Source: Chrysochromulina tobinii | Taxonomy: Eukaryota | DNA: 53,818 bases | Assembly (NCBI GenBank): GCA_001275005.1 | Contig: JWZX01003404.1 | Location: 1 to 53,818 of the forward strand | Direction of reading: 5' to 3' | Shown: positions 1-10,594 of the stretch, piece by piece | Numbering within the stretch: position 1 is the first letter of the stretch | How the letters are laid out: each line of letters begins with the position of its first letter | Position numbers and translations under genes: made by a program | The notes under the pieces: model-generated | What the model saw: the letters and a program-made list of their open reading frames with translations, nothing else | Told to the model about the DNA's origin: nothing | Databases searched by the model: none

Positions 1-3000
1 GGACCAGCGCCTTCATGAACAGCATTTCACAGGCGCCGCCGCGGGCGTGGCCGCCGCCGCGGCCGCCGCCGCTGCGGCTGCCCGTTACGGCGCGCCAGTC
101 GCTCCGTACTATGCGACTCCGGGCACCCGCCCGCTCGACGTCCCCGTCTCCGTCCCCGACTTCCCCACAGCCGGCGGCGGTGCGTACAACGGCAACGGCT
201 ATGGCAACGGCTATGGCAACGCCAACGGCTATGGCAACGGCAACGGCTATGGCAACGGCAACGGCTATGGCAACGGCAACGGCTATGGCAACGGCTATGG
301 CAACGGCTATGGCAACGGCTATGGCAACGCCAACGGCTATGGCGCTGGCCCGCCGGGCTATGGCGCCGCTGACAGCGGCGCGGCTGGCGGCGCCGCCGTT
401 GGCGGCGGCTCGCCGCCCCTCCCGGGCGGTCGCGTCGTCCCGGGCGGTCGCGTCGAGCGAAGCCTGTCGCAGGCGTTGCAGGCGTCGTATCAGGCGCGTT
501 GATTGCCTCTGATTGCCTCTGATCGCCTCTGATTGCCTCTGATCGCCTCTGATCGCCTCTGATGGCCTCTGATCGCCTCTGATTGCCTCTGATCGCCTCT
601 GATCGCCTCTGATCGCCTCTGATGGCCTCTGATCGCCTCTGATGGCCTCTGATCGCCTCTGATGGCCTCTGATCGCCTCTGATTGCCTCTGATCGCCTCT
701 GATCGCCTCTGATTGCCTCTGATCGCCTCTGATCGCCTCTGATCGCCTCTGATTGCCTCGACCACACCCTCCTCAGGTACGTGCCCAGCTGGCGCATCAT
801 GCTACCGCTCCTCGTTGGCTACGCGGCCGGGCTCGTGTTGTACGTCGGGTTCGTCATTCAGCTCGCGTGCTGCTCGTCGCTGCTCCACGAGCTCACGTGC
901 CTCGCGCGCTCGGATCCCTTTGGAAGTGACGAGATGCGCCGAGCCGCGTACGGCGCTCCTACCGAAGGCGTGGACGACGAGAGCTGGCCTCTGCCCGACT
1001 TCGATGGCTCCGAGGCCATGCAGGTTCGAAACCACTCTCTCCTCTGATTGCCTCTGATTGCCTCTGATTGCCTCTGATTGCCTCTGCCCGACTTCGATGG
1101 CTCCGAGGCCATGCAGGTGCGAAACCACTCTCTCCTCTGATTGCCTCTGATTGCCTCTGATTGCCTCTGATTGCCTCTCCCCGACTTTGATGGCTCCGAG
1201 GCCATGCAGGTGCGCCCACCACGGCGCTCAGAGGGCCACTCCACGAGAGCCCCTGAAAGGACACTCCTTCCCTCGCCTGCATGCGCCCACCACGGCGCTC
1301 CCCCCTGAAAGGACACTCCTTCCCTCGCCTGCACGCGCCCACCACGGCGCTCGCCCCCCCCCCCGCGCGCAGATGTCGGGGCGTTCTCTGGTGCCTCCCG
1401 AGGAGAAGCTGCTCAGTCAGATGCTCGAGGCGGTCACACAACGGCTCGTCCCTCCGGTGCTCGTGCAGCAGTCGTCGACCCTCTACTCGCGCATGGGGCC
1501 GCTCGCGATGTTTGAGCGCTGGGGCCAGTGGGCATTGCAGAGCGCCCAGGACGGCGCCACGCCAACGCTCAGCGGCTCGGCGACGCCGTCGGACGCGCCC
1601 AGGACGACGGCGACAGCGTTGACGTCGCGCGCCGAGGGCGCCGCGTCGGGCGCCGTCGCCGCCGTCGCGGGCGCCTTGGCCGCCGCTTCGGGCGCCATCG
1701 CTGCCGCGGCCGCGCGCGTGGTCGAGAAGACAAGCTTCGATCTGCACGACGAGACGGAGCGCTCAGCGCAGCGCTCGACGCCCAGCTCGGCGCGGTCGCC
1801 CGCCGCCCTGGGCGCGAGTGCTCACCACGGCACCTTGGGCACGAGTGCGCGCTCCACCTCGCGGCGCCGTGGTGAGCACTCCGCCTCGCGGCGCCGTGGT
1901 GAGCACTCTGCCTCGAGGCTCGCGGCCTCAGCCAGCAAGGCTCCCTTCGATGGCGTCACGTCGGCCCTCTCCTCGTGTTTTCTCAACGGCCCGTGGGCGT
2001 ACTCGCCCGAGGCAGACAATCTGCGCTGGGCGCTCCGGTATGCCGATCGAGATGCCGATTGGATTGCATGCTGATTGCATCCTGATTGCATCCTGATTGC
2101 ATCCTGATTGCATGGGAGGACCTCTCGCTGGGCGCGAGAGCTCACGCCGATCTCGAGCCGATCTCGAGCCGATCTCGAGCCGATCTCGAGCACGAGGGCC
2201 TCGGCAAGTGCTCACCACAGCATGCAAGTGCTCACCACGGCGCGACCGCGTCGCTCTGCCCAGGTACGCCGATCTCGAGCACGAGATCGAGAGCTGGGTG
2301 CGCGAGCAGCGCATGCGCCAGTGGGTTCGGCAGCACCAGCGGCTCGAGCGCCAGTACTGGGAGCGGCAGCAGCAGCGCCACCTCTCCTTCGAGCGGCTCG
2401 TGGCCTCGGCTGCACCGCCACGCCGGCGATCGCACGCCAGCGTCACTGAGTCGGCTGACCACGTGGACGTGGATGCCGCGATCAGGCAGGCGGGCGCGGA
2501 GGCGGTGGCGGCACGTGACGCGACGGCCGCGGCGGCGGACCGTTCCGAAGCGGCGCTCCAGCGAGCGGCCCTGGCCGCCACTTCGGGCGACACGGCAGGT
2601 GCGCGCCTGGCGGCCTTGGAGGCGGACGCAGCCGCTGACGAGGCCACGCAGGCTGTGGCGAGAGCGCAGTCGGAAGCTGCGTTGGTGGCTGCGATGGGGA
2701 ACGCGGCGCGCGCCCAAGCCAACGCCTCTCGAGCGCAGTCGATTGCAGCGTCGGCCGAGACCGGCTTCTTGATTGGAGAGCCCAGTGCTGCCTCCAATCT
2801 CGGCTCTAATCTCGGCTCTAATCTCGGCTCTAATCTCGGCTCTAATCTCGCCTCCAATCGGGTCTCGGCACTCCCACCGTGGCCGGCCTTGCCGCCCATG
2901 CCGGAGGTGGACCGTTGCGTACCGGTACTTCCCGACGACATCCGGCGCAAGTTGCAGCTGCTGCTCGCCCTCAAGTTTCGTCTGAGCCTCGCCGCAGCGG

Positions 3001-3491
3001 CTGACGTGGAAGCGTTCCCCGCGCGCCACGCCACAAGCGCCACGCACCCCCCAGCAGCGAGTGCCGGTCACGGGACAGGTCCCGCCGCCGGCGCCAGCGC
3101 ACCGACTCCTCTGGGATCCGATCGATCGGCTGGGTCGCAAGACGGGGACCTGTGCTTCATCTGCTACTCGGGGCCACGCGATGCGGTGCTGCTCGAGTGC
3201 GGGCACGGCGGCTTGTGCTTTGGCTGCGCCACACGGTGCATGCAGATGCGCTTCCAGGAATGCCCCATCTGCCGGCAGCCCATCAGCCAGATCGTGCAGC
3301 TCGAGCTCACGGAGCGCCGTGGCGAGCGCGCCAAGCGAGGCACGGACGGCGTCGTGCTCACAATTGCGCAGGCCGGTCAGCTCACGCAGCTCGACAGTGT
3401 GAGCGAGGAGGATGAGGAGGCGTCGGACGTTGACGCGCTGCAGTCCACGCGCGCCAATGCCAACGAGCCAGTGCGCTTGTTGGACGCATGA
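1..3491 (+). CDS. Multi-exon membrane-anchored RING-finger (C3HC4, zf-C3HC4_3-like) E3 ubiquitin ligase; 5' end probably outside the window
   Basis: Proposed exons <1..493, 777..1023, 1373..2037, 2264..3491. The last three join in frame via GT-AG introns 1024..1372 and 2038..2263. Exon 2 encodes a hydrophobic segment (IMLPLLVGYAAGLVLYVGFVIQLACC). The last exon encodes CFICYSGPRDAVLLECGHGGLCFGCATRC..CPICRQPI. The exon1-exon2 phase does not reconcile with the best donor (494), so that join is uncertain. Confidence 0.75.
187..342 (+). repeat. Coding low-complexity repeat (GGCAACGGCTAT-type units; GNGY/GNGNGY)
   Basis: Tandem 12/18-bp units seen directly; they translate to a Gly/Asn/Tyr-rich tract in the 47..502 frame. 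Confidence 0.9.
494..776 (+). other. Putative GC-AG intron filled with a 10-bp tandem repeat (GAT[T/C/G]GCCTCT)
   Basis: CAG|GCGCGT donor-like site at 494. About 26 decamers span 501..760. Acceptor CCCTCCTCAG ends at 776. There is no internal AG on the sense strand. Confidence 0.7.
1024..1372 (+). other. GT-AG intron containing two extra copies of the upstream exon end plus donor (93-bp period) and decamer repeats
   Basis: GCCTCTGCCCGACTTCGATGGCTCCGAGGCCATGCAGGT occurs at 987, 1080 and 1173 (third copy with 2 changes). Acceptor CGCGCGCAG|ATG at 1372/1373 keeps the frame (phase 0). Confidence 0.8.
2038..2263 (+). other. GT-AG intron with TGATTGCATCC repeats and CCGATCTCGAG x4 copied from the next exon
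   Basis: Donor CG|GTATGC, acceptor CTGCCCAG|G. The phase-2 join gives ...WALR-YADLEHEIESW. Confidence 0.8.
2796..2850 (+). repeat. Coding 12-bp tandem repeat (AATCTCGGCTCT; SNLG x4)
   Basis: Seen directly. Confidence 0.9.
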
Positions 3492-3511
3492 GCGCGACCA
3501 CGTGACCACCA

Positions 3512-3643
3512 CCGACGAAACTGAGGCACTGCAGCCGACGAAACTGAGGCACTGCAGCCGACGAAACTGAGGCACTGCAGCCGACGAAACTGAGGCACTG
3601 CAGCCGACGAAACTGAGGCACTGCAGCCGACGAAACTGAGGCA
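3512..3643. repeat. 23-bp minisatellite CCGACGAAACTGAGGCACTGCAG, 5 full copies plus a partial
   Basis: Perfect tandem copies at 3512, 3535, 3558, 3581 and 3604, partial at 3627; no spacers. Confidence 0.95.
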
Positions 3644-4029
3644 AACGTATACGATAAGGCGATCCTCCGTCTCCGATACACCGTGTCGGGTATTTCTCTT
3701 TTCGCTGATCCCTGATCGGCTGATGTAGCGAACCGCACCGCACACGAGCCACGCTTGAGCGTTCGTGCGTTGAGGCTTGTAGTTGTACGGTGTAAATGTT
3801 GTGAAAAAATCAAAATGCAACTTCCGCCACGCGGCACGCGCACACGTTCACAACACGTACCTATGGCACCTACGTGTCGTGTGTCCACCATCCCTTGCCT
3901 CAACATACGATCCCTGCGATATCCATAAGGATCTTAAATGAGTCTTGCACGTCGACGTCCTCGTTCGTCAGTTCTCAGACTCTCTCACGGGCACACGCAC
4001 GTTAGTCGCACTCTAGGCCGCCCTCTCAC

Positions 4030-5979
4030 TCACCGCCGGCTCGAGGGCGGTATGAGCGCCTCAGGGATGGTTGTCGGGAGCGGCTCGCCGCGCTTCGTCT
4101 TCATGGTGAGGTGCATGGCGACTGCGAACCAGTCGGCGTCGAGCAGCCCATCCTCGTTCACGTCCACCAGGTTCCAGATGTCGCGCAGCACAGCCTGGTC
4201 GAGCCCCGAACGCTTGAGCACGGGCGCCACCTTGCTGCCGCCCACCTTGCCGTCCTCGGGCAGCATCTGCTCGAAGATCGAGTCGTACTTGGTCTTCTCC
4301 GCGCTCGTGACCGCCCAAGGGGTGGACACCGCCATCCGGGATAACGCCACCGTGGGCGGCGGCGGCACGGGCGCCGGCGGAGCGGCGGCAGTGGTCGGTC
4401 GGCCAAAGAGACCGTCGACCATGCCCGCCGTGTCGGCGGGGCGCGCGGGGGGTGCAGCGGGCGCCGTCGCCCACGGATCCCTCGGCGCCATCGTGGGCGC
4501 GGACGGCACAGCGACGGGGGACGAGCTCCAAGGGTCACTCGGCGGCGCCGAGGGTGGAGGCATCACCGAGTGCTCCGGCGCCGCGTGCTCCTGTGGCTTG
4601 GGCTGCCACGTGGACTGTGCGGGCTGCCCTTTGGGCTCCGGCTGTCGCATACCCCCGCTCGGGACCGCGGGGGTGGCGGCTGGGACGGCCTCAAAGGCGG
4701 ACATGAGGTTGCCGATGTGATCGCGGATGATCGTGTCGAGCTGCCCCAAGAGCTTGTCATCCAGCTTCTTGAACTTGGTGAAGTCGCGGCAATACTCGTT
4801 CGTGGCGAGGATGTGCCGAAACTTGGCCACGTCGGGGAAGTCGCCGGGTGGGATTGCGTGTGCCCGTGACACTTTGAAGAAGATATCCTCGAGCCCGGCG
4901 ATGAGCTCCTTCTGCTTTTTGTCCTTGCCCATCATCACCTGACATGAGGAAGGCAATCAGAGGCAATCAGAAACCGTCAGAGGCCATCAGAGGCCATCAG
5001 AGGCCAACATAGACCGCTTGCCCATCCTCACCTTCCTCGTCTCGGAGCGCAACTCGTCCAACACGAGCGCCTGGCAGCGCACCATGCGTGTGCGGTACAC
5101 GAGGTCGTTGAGCTTGTTCGTCGTGTTGTTGCGCGGCAGCGAGGCGAGGTCGTTCAGCAGCGCCGTCGTCTCGGTCTCGAACAGCTCCATCATGTAGCTC
5201 GGCCGCAGCGGCTGGTCCCAAAACGAGCCCACGTAGATGCGCCGCGTCTCTGCACCCTTGAGGATGCGCGCGAGGTTCCACGTGAGCGCCGAATTGATCT
5301 TGAGCAGCTCGTGCGGCTCGAGCGAGTCGGCCTTGTTGAGGATGACGCGGATCTTGTCATCGTAGCCCTCGAGGTGCCGGATCACGTCGGCGAGCTCGTC
5401 GGGAATGTCGACCTTGTTCGCGTCGAACATGAGCAGGATCATGTCGCAGCGAGGCGCGAACCACTTGATCACGTCGTAGTACGAGTACTGCCGGTCCTCG
5501 GTCTGCTTCCTCCCGGCGAGCACGCCCGGCGTGTCGACCAGAGTGCACCCCATGGCAAAGTCCGAGGGCACCTCGCAGCCGTACAGGCGCGAGAGGAACG
5601 TGTTGCCAAACTTGGTCAGCTCCGCAAACGGCGACAATGGGTTTGAGATGAGCGCGTGGCCCGGGATCTCGCGCTCGCTGTGGCCAAACATGATCGCCTG
5701 AAAACGGTCGGTCGTCGGCTCCGGGCCGATGTGGGCGCCTGGGTAATCCCGGTCTAGCAGGTACTTGATGAAGGTGGTTTTTCCGACCGAGTAGGATCCG
5801 ATGAGCAGCACCATCGGCTTCGCATCAAAGTCCTGGTCGGTGAGCATCGGGTAGTGGAACTGGTTCACAAGGTACTGCTCCTCGAGCGGGCGTACCATGT
5901 CGCGGTAGATGGCCTTGACGCCCGAGACGATGTCATCGTATCCGGAGGCATCAAACTTAGGCCGACGGCGACGCCCCAT
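4030..5979 (-). CDS. EHD: EH-domain-containing dynamin-like ATPase (EHD/RME-1 family)
   Basis: Exons 5979..5032 and 4938..4030 (phase-0 GT-AG intron 5031..4939). Motifs: KPMVLLIGSYSVGKTT P-loop, IGPEPTTDRF, DTPG, LNKAD, YVGSFW, IPPGDFP. C-terminal EH domain WAVT..KYDSIF..SGL..LRDIWNLVD..FAVAMHL. Confidence 0.95.
4939..5031 (-). other. 93-bp GT-AG intron with CTGAT(G/T)GCCT repeats and a duplicated exon start
   Basis: The intron begins GTGAGGATGGGCAAG and the next exon begins GTGATGATGGGCAAG. It ends GATTGCCTTCCTCATGTCAG. Confidence 0.85.
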
Positions 5980-6179
5980 TGTGCCGAAGCGGCCCTGCGT
6001 TTCGAACCATTCACATGAAGATGCTCCGTCCCAGCACCGGGCACAGTGTCCGCCTTGTAATTCGGCCTGTGGAGACTGTGCCGAATTGCAAGTCCCGAGA
6101 AGTTCGTTCTGTTGCCCCTAATTGAATCCGAGGTTGTAGGGAGACCTGATTGGATCGGGCACCCCCAGATCGGCGATCC

Positions 6180-7171
6180 ATGGCGCCGCTCACGTATTCC
6201 TTGATCGCGACGGGCCTTGCGGCGTGCTCTGCGCTGCGCCTCGGCCCAGGCATCACGCGCACCCCGGGTGTCGTGCGCCCTGTCGTTGATGTACGCATGC
6301 AGGCGCCGAAAGTGTTCAACCTTGCGCCTGATGCGGCGTCCACCATGCCCACCGTTGCATCAATGGAAGCTTTCACTGTTGCGCCTCCACCGTGGGAGAA
6401 CTCTGACAGGCAGCTCTTGCAGCTCAAGAGGGAGGATCCGTACCTGCAGCAGCTCATCAAAAAATGCCCGCAGCTCAGCCCCGTGTGGCGGCGTGCCGAT
6501 TTCTGGGTCAATGAGACTGCAACCTTTCTTGAGATCGTCAACGTGCTGGGCCGGTTTAACACGTGCGATCAGTGGGCCATGCGCACGAAATTCGTGAGTT
6601 GCCATTAGCATCGAACCCACGCAGGAGACGCGCCCGGGGTGGCACTCACGCCGCCTCCGTCCGAGCGCACGCGCAGTTGGAGGTCGAGAACACGCGCAAG
6701 GAGGACAGGAGCAATAGCTTGACGCTCAAGCGGCACGAGATGGCCAAGCGCCTTGGGTGCGCGGAGCGCGTCGCGCTGTTCCAGAAGGTGCCTGAACTGC
6801 CTTTCACCAACGAGCTGCTCGCAAAATCGGTAGGCCTGACCGTAGAGGACTTCCAGAAGCTTCCGGTGTCTATTGCGGCCTGCAACATAGTGTTCGACGC
6901 GCTGGCCGAGAGCCGGTCGGGGCTTATCCCCTATGCTACGGTCGACGACCGGTACAAACAGATCGTCAATGCTGATGGTAGCTTCAATGAGCTCGCTTTC
7001 CGCGTCGGCCACACGAAGTCGACTGTCCTCATCATCGTTGGGTGGTTCATCTTCGGAAAGGCCAACTTTATTTGGGTCCTCGTCGGCGTCAAGTGGATGC
7101 ATGACCTCCGGCCCGACTTAGTCCCCTCGCCAGTCGACCTGGGACTCTTCAAGATTTGGGGCATCATCTAA
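6180..7171 (+). CDS. Hypothetical protein with bipartite signal/transit-like N-terminus (probably plastid-targeted) and C-terminal hydrophobic segment
   Basis: Exons 6180..6593 and 6677..7171 (TTC|GTGAGT...GCGCAG|TTG, phase 0). N-terminus MAPLTYSLIATGLAACSALRLGPGITRTPGVVRPVVDVRM. C-terminal LIIVGWFIFGKANFIWVLVGV. Confidence 0.8.
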
Positions 7172-7810
7172 AGGCGCTGCTGCTCCGGGCGGCTTGAAGG
7201 GAGCGCTCACGAGTGTGCTCACAGCAGGCGCCGAAGACGGCGTGGACATGAAGTGCGAACGACGACGGAATCGGAAAAGGCGAGGACGAGAATCGAATCT
7301 TGTGCCGCGCGAAGCTGGACGATTTCGACCCCACGTTGAGTTTTGGGCTCACTCACACAGCACTTTGGTCGAGTAGAGACTGAATTTTAGGCGAATGGGC
7401 CCGTGTTCGTGTGTGCGAATGGCGCCCGTGTTCGGGGACCGGACGGGGTGCCGGCTCTGATGATGAGATTTAATGATGAAGAGTCCTTTGAGACGGTGGT
7501 GTAGTGAGCGCGGCGGGGGACCGCGACGAAAGGTCGAAACTGACTGACTGACTGAATATGAACGACTCTCGGCAGGAGTCGGAACAAGAGTCGAAAATTC
7601 AAAAAAACTTCCGGAGGTCAGAGGCAGCACAAGGCTGAGGGCTCGGCTCAAGGGTAGCAGCGGTGCACTTCCTGGTCGGTTGCGGGCGCGGCGCGGCGGG
7701 GCGGACGAGCGAGTCCCGTGACTGAATGCGTGAGTGCGGGGGGACCGCGACGAAACTGACTGACCGTCTGACGTTATACGTTTACCGGTACAGTACAACC
7801 GTCGCCGTGA

Positions 7811-10594
7811 ATGGCGGTCGGCAGCGTTGGCGCTTCTCGCGTACGCTGGGTGGATAACACCGATGCAGACGGCGAGCGCGGCGGCTTTAACGTGCTGCAT
7901 CAGCATGAGGCCCTTGTGCGTGCCTTCTCCGCAGCTGCTTCGGATGCTGCCCAGCCTTTGACAAAGGGAGGACGCTTTGTTGAAGGGACGCTGCCCGGCC
8001 TGCTGCACGAGCGCTGTACGGTGCATGTGCGCGACGGCGACTTTGACGATGCAGCACCGGAGCTGTGCGAGAGCGCACGCGGCCGCGCGGCAAGCGCCCA
8101 GCTGCTGCTCAGCGAGGCGGCTGAGGCGCCCATACTGCGCATGGAGCCCGCAGAGCTTCTGCCGCGGGGCGAGACGCGCTCGCTCTGGCACGACACGCTC
8201 GGCAATCGGCACGGGCTGAACGCCGTGTGGAGCGTGACCGGCCTCGCGCTCCACCTCGTGTGGGTGGTCGAACCGCCGCCCACGCACCGCGAGTGGTGTG
8301 AAGCCTTGCAGCATCGGAGCCCGGCGGTTTCAGCGCTGCTGTCGGAGGACGTGGTCCTGCACGATGCAGAGGGCGGCGGCGGCGGCGCATCTGCCTCCGA
8401 GTGCACGGGCGCCGCACGCGTGCTCCCACGGCTGCTGCGCTGGGCGACGGACGCTGCGGTGGCTACGTTTGGCCAGACGGGCGACACCATGCAGCTCTCT
8501 CGCACCAAGCACATCGAGCGCAGGCGCACTCGCGTTTCGATCGCCGGCCGGTGGCCGATCGCGCCCGGCGGCGAGCCGTTAGAGGCCCTGCTCGAGGAGA
8601 CCCTTGAGTGGCGGTACGTTACTCCCCGCCGCGGCACGTTAGGCCCCACCGCCGCCGCCGCCGCTGGCAGCAGCAGCAGCAGCAGCAGCCGCCGCCGCCG
8701 CCGAGGTGGCGGTGGCATTGGTATGACCGGCACCGGCTGGCAAGTGTGCCGGCTGTGGCGGCGCACGCTGGCCCTTCCTGACGCGCATCCGAGCGGTGGC
8801 GCGCTCCCCATGAACGTCTATACAGCCGCCGCCCTCGCTGGCAGCACTGCGATGCTCTACGGTCCGCTCGCGGGCAACGACGACGACGAAGCCGATGCAT
8901 GCGAGGGGGATGGGCGCGAAGGCGCCTTCGGCAGCAAGGTCTACATTGACCTGGATGCGGGCGGGTACTCGGCGAACCATGCGGCCGAGAGCGACGAGGT
9001 GCGTCGCTCGAGCGTGCACGCGACAGCGCCTACGATCTCGGACCCGACCTCGGGCCGCCTGTGCAACAGCCGCAGCCGTAGCCGCACCGACTCGCCTATG
9101 CGGTTACGCGGGGGCCGGGGAGGCGGCGCTATCGCGGGCGTCGGCGTGGACGGTGCGGACGATGTGTACCGGTTGCTGCTGGTGGGCGACGAGACGGCGG
9201 GCGCGACCGCGCCGAGCGCCAACCCGGCGCTCGAGGAGTTGATGCGAGAAGAAGGCGAGCGCCGAGGCTTCATCAGCCGCCCGTTGGCGGACGCATTCGG
9301 AGAGATCACGGCGGAGGTGAGTCGGGACCTTGAACTGAAGGTGGAGGCGGAGGTGCGTGCGGTGCGCGTGCGCCAGCGATGGGGCACGCTCTCACTACGG
9401 CTGCGCGTGCGCGGTGCTGTCGCCCTCGCGCGAGCAAGCCTGGCCTTAGAGGCCGAATCCTCAGCGCTGGATCGGGAAGCAGCGAAGGCGCAAGCGCTCG
9501 AGTACGCCGGGCTGCGCTTGCTGACCGAGGGCGCAAGGGCGGGCGAGATGCTCGACACGTTTGAAATGGCGCAGGAGTTGTTGCGCTTGCAGCACGTGGC
9601 GGGCGCGGGCGAGCTGGAGGCGCTCACGCAGCTGCTGAGCGAACGTGTCCAGTTTCACGTGTGCAGCGGCGACGCCGAGGCGCCGCCATCGGACGTGCGC
9701 TTCGAGGGGCGCTCGACGCTCATGGCGTACCTCAAGGCGGCACAGATCCCTCGCACGCGGCGCATGCTGGCCAATATCCAACCGTCGGCCATGCGGCTTG
9801 ACGGGCGCACCTCCACGAGCTTCGAGATCCATAATAAGGCGGGTGAGACCGAGCGCTTCCTGGACGTGATCGGCTGGGATGCAGCTGGGCACGTGAGCTC
9901 GTGGGTGCGCGTGCGCGAGCCACGTCCCATGCAGCGCGACTTTCTCCAGATGGTGGGCGCCGGGCGCACGCGCGAGCTGCCCGCTCTGTTCGACTTGCCT
10001 CGCCTGGCCTTCGCCATCGCTGACGGCCACGCTTGCAAGGTGTATGCCGACCCGACGGAGGCGAGGGCAGCACTGCTCGCCACGGCCACGCGGCTCGGCG
10101 GGCGCATCGCGCATATTGGACGAACGCGCGAGCTTCGCGCGTGGACGTGGCCCGAGGGCATGCCTTCCCCGCCCAAGCCGCCGGGCAAGCCGGGTAAGCC
10201 GCCGGCGCCGGCGGCGCGCCTCTATCAGGCCATCTTGATCGGCACTTTCCGTCCCCTCGGCGCCAAGTGGTATGGCGAGCAAGAGGTGGCGATGCGGGAG
10301 ACGGCTGAGTGGCGTGGCACCGCCATCACACGCGTCGTGTGGGAGGTGCTATCTGAAGACCACCCACAGGCGCAGTCCGTCTGGGAGCGGCTACGCGCCA
10401 AGCGCCGCCGCGCCAAGCAGACCGATGCACAGCGGCCTGCCTCAGCCGCAGCGGCCGCCCTCAACCGACCCGCGTGGTCCGACGCCATCGCCAAGCCGCC
10501 CGCTCTGTCCAAGGGCGGCCTCAAGACGGCCAAGGACAAGGAGATGGCGCCGCGGCCCAAAGATCTCGGACTGCCATGGTGCGTCCTCGACTGA
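7811..10594 (+). CDS. Hypothetical 927-aa protein, possibly with degenerate NTF2/SnoaL-like segments
   Basis: Long ATG-initiated ORF with protein-like composition. Segments ALLSEDVVLH and QLLSERVQFH..FEGRSTLMAYL loosely resemble SnoaL-like motifs (impression only). Confidence 0.6.
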   Translation: MAVGSVGASRVRWVDNTDADGERGGFNVLHQHEALVRAFSAAASDAAQPLTKGGRFVEGTLPGLLHERCTVHVRDGDFDDAAPELCESARGRAASAQLLLSEAAEAPILRMEPAELLPRGETRSLWHDTLGNRHGLNAVWSVTGLALHLVWVVEPPPTHREWCEALQHRSPAVSALLSEDVVLHDAEGGGGGASASECTGAARVLPRLLRWATDAAVATFGQTGDTMQLSRTKHIERRRTRVSIAGRWPIAPGGEPLEALLEETLEWRYVTPRRGTLGPTAAAAAGSSSSSSSRRRRRGGGGIGMTGTGWQVCRLWRRTLALPDAHPSGGALPMNVYTAAALAGSTAMLYGPLAGNDDDEADACEGDGREGAFGSKVYIDLDAGGYSANHAAESDEVRRSSVHATAPTISDPTSGRLCNSRSRSRTDSPMRLRGGRGGGAIAGVGVDGADDVYRLLLVGDETAGATAPSANPALEELMREEGERRGFISRPLADAFGEITAEVSRDLELKVEAEVRAVRVRQRWGTLSLRLRVRGAVALARASLALEAESSALDREAAKAQALEYAGLRLLTEGARAGEMLDTFEMAQELLRLQHVAGAGELEALTQLLSERVQFHVCSGDAEAPPSDVRFEGRSTLMAYLKAAQIPRTRRMLANIQPSAMRLDGRTSTSFEIHNKAGETERFLDVIGWDAAGHVSSWVRVREPRPMQRDFLQMVGAGRTRELPALFDLPRLAFAIADGHACKVYADPTEARAALLATATRLGGRIAHIGRTRELRAWTWPEGMPSPPKPPGKPGKPPAPAARLYQAILIGTFRPLGAKWYGEQEVAMRETAEWRGTAITRVVWEVLSEDHPQAQSVWERLRAKRRRAKQTDAQRPASAAAAALNRPAWSDAIAKPPALSKGGLKTAKDKEMAPRPKDLGLPWCVLD

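Noticed and set aside
501..760. Telomeric repeat
   Set aside because: The unit is unlike TTAGGG-type repeats and sits between splice signals inside genes.
27..1334. Minus-strand ORFs with SEAIRGNQR repeats
   Set aside because: They are antisense translations of intronic decamer repeats that lack stops on that strand.
3512..3643. CRISPR array or hammerhead ribozyme array
   Set aside because: Repeats are contiguous with no spacers, there are no cas genes and the context is eukaryotic. CTGAGGC does not match the CUGANGA core and no stems I/III form.
7349..8314. 321-aa minus-strand ORF and the many other antisense/overlapping ORFs
   Set aside because: Shadow ORFs expected in high-GC coding DNA, with no motifs and Arg/Ala/Pro-biased composition.
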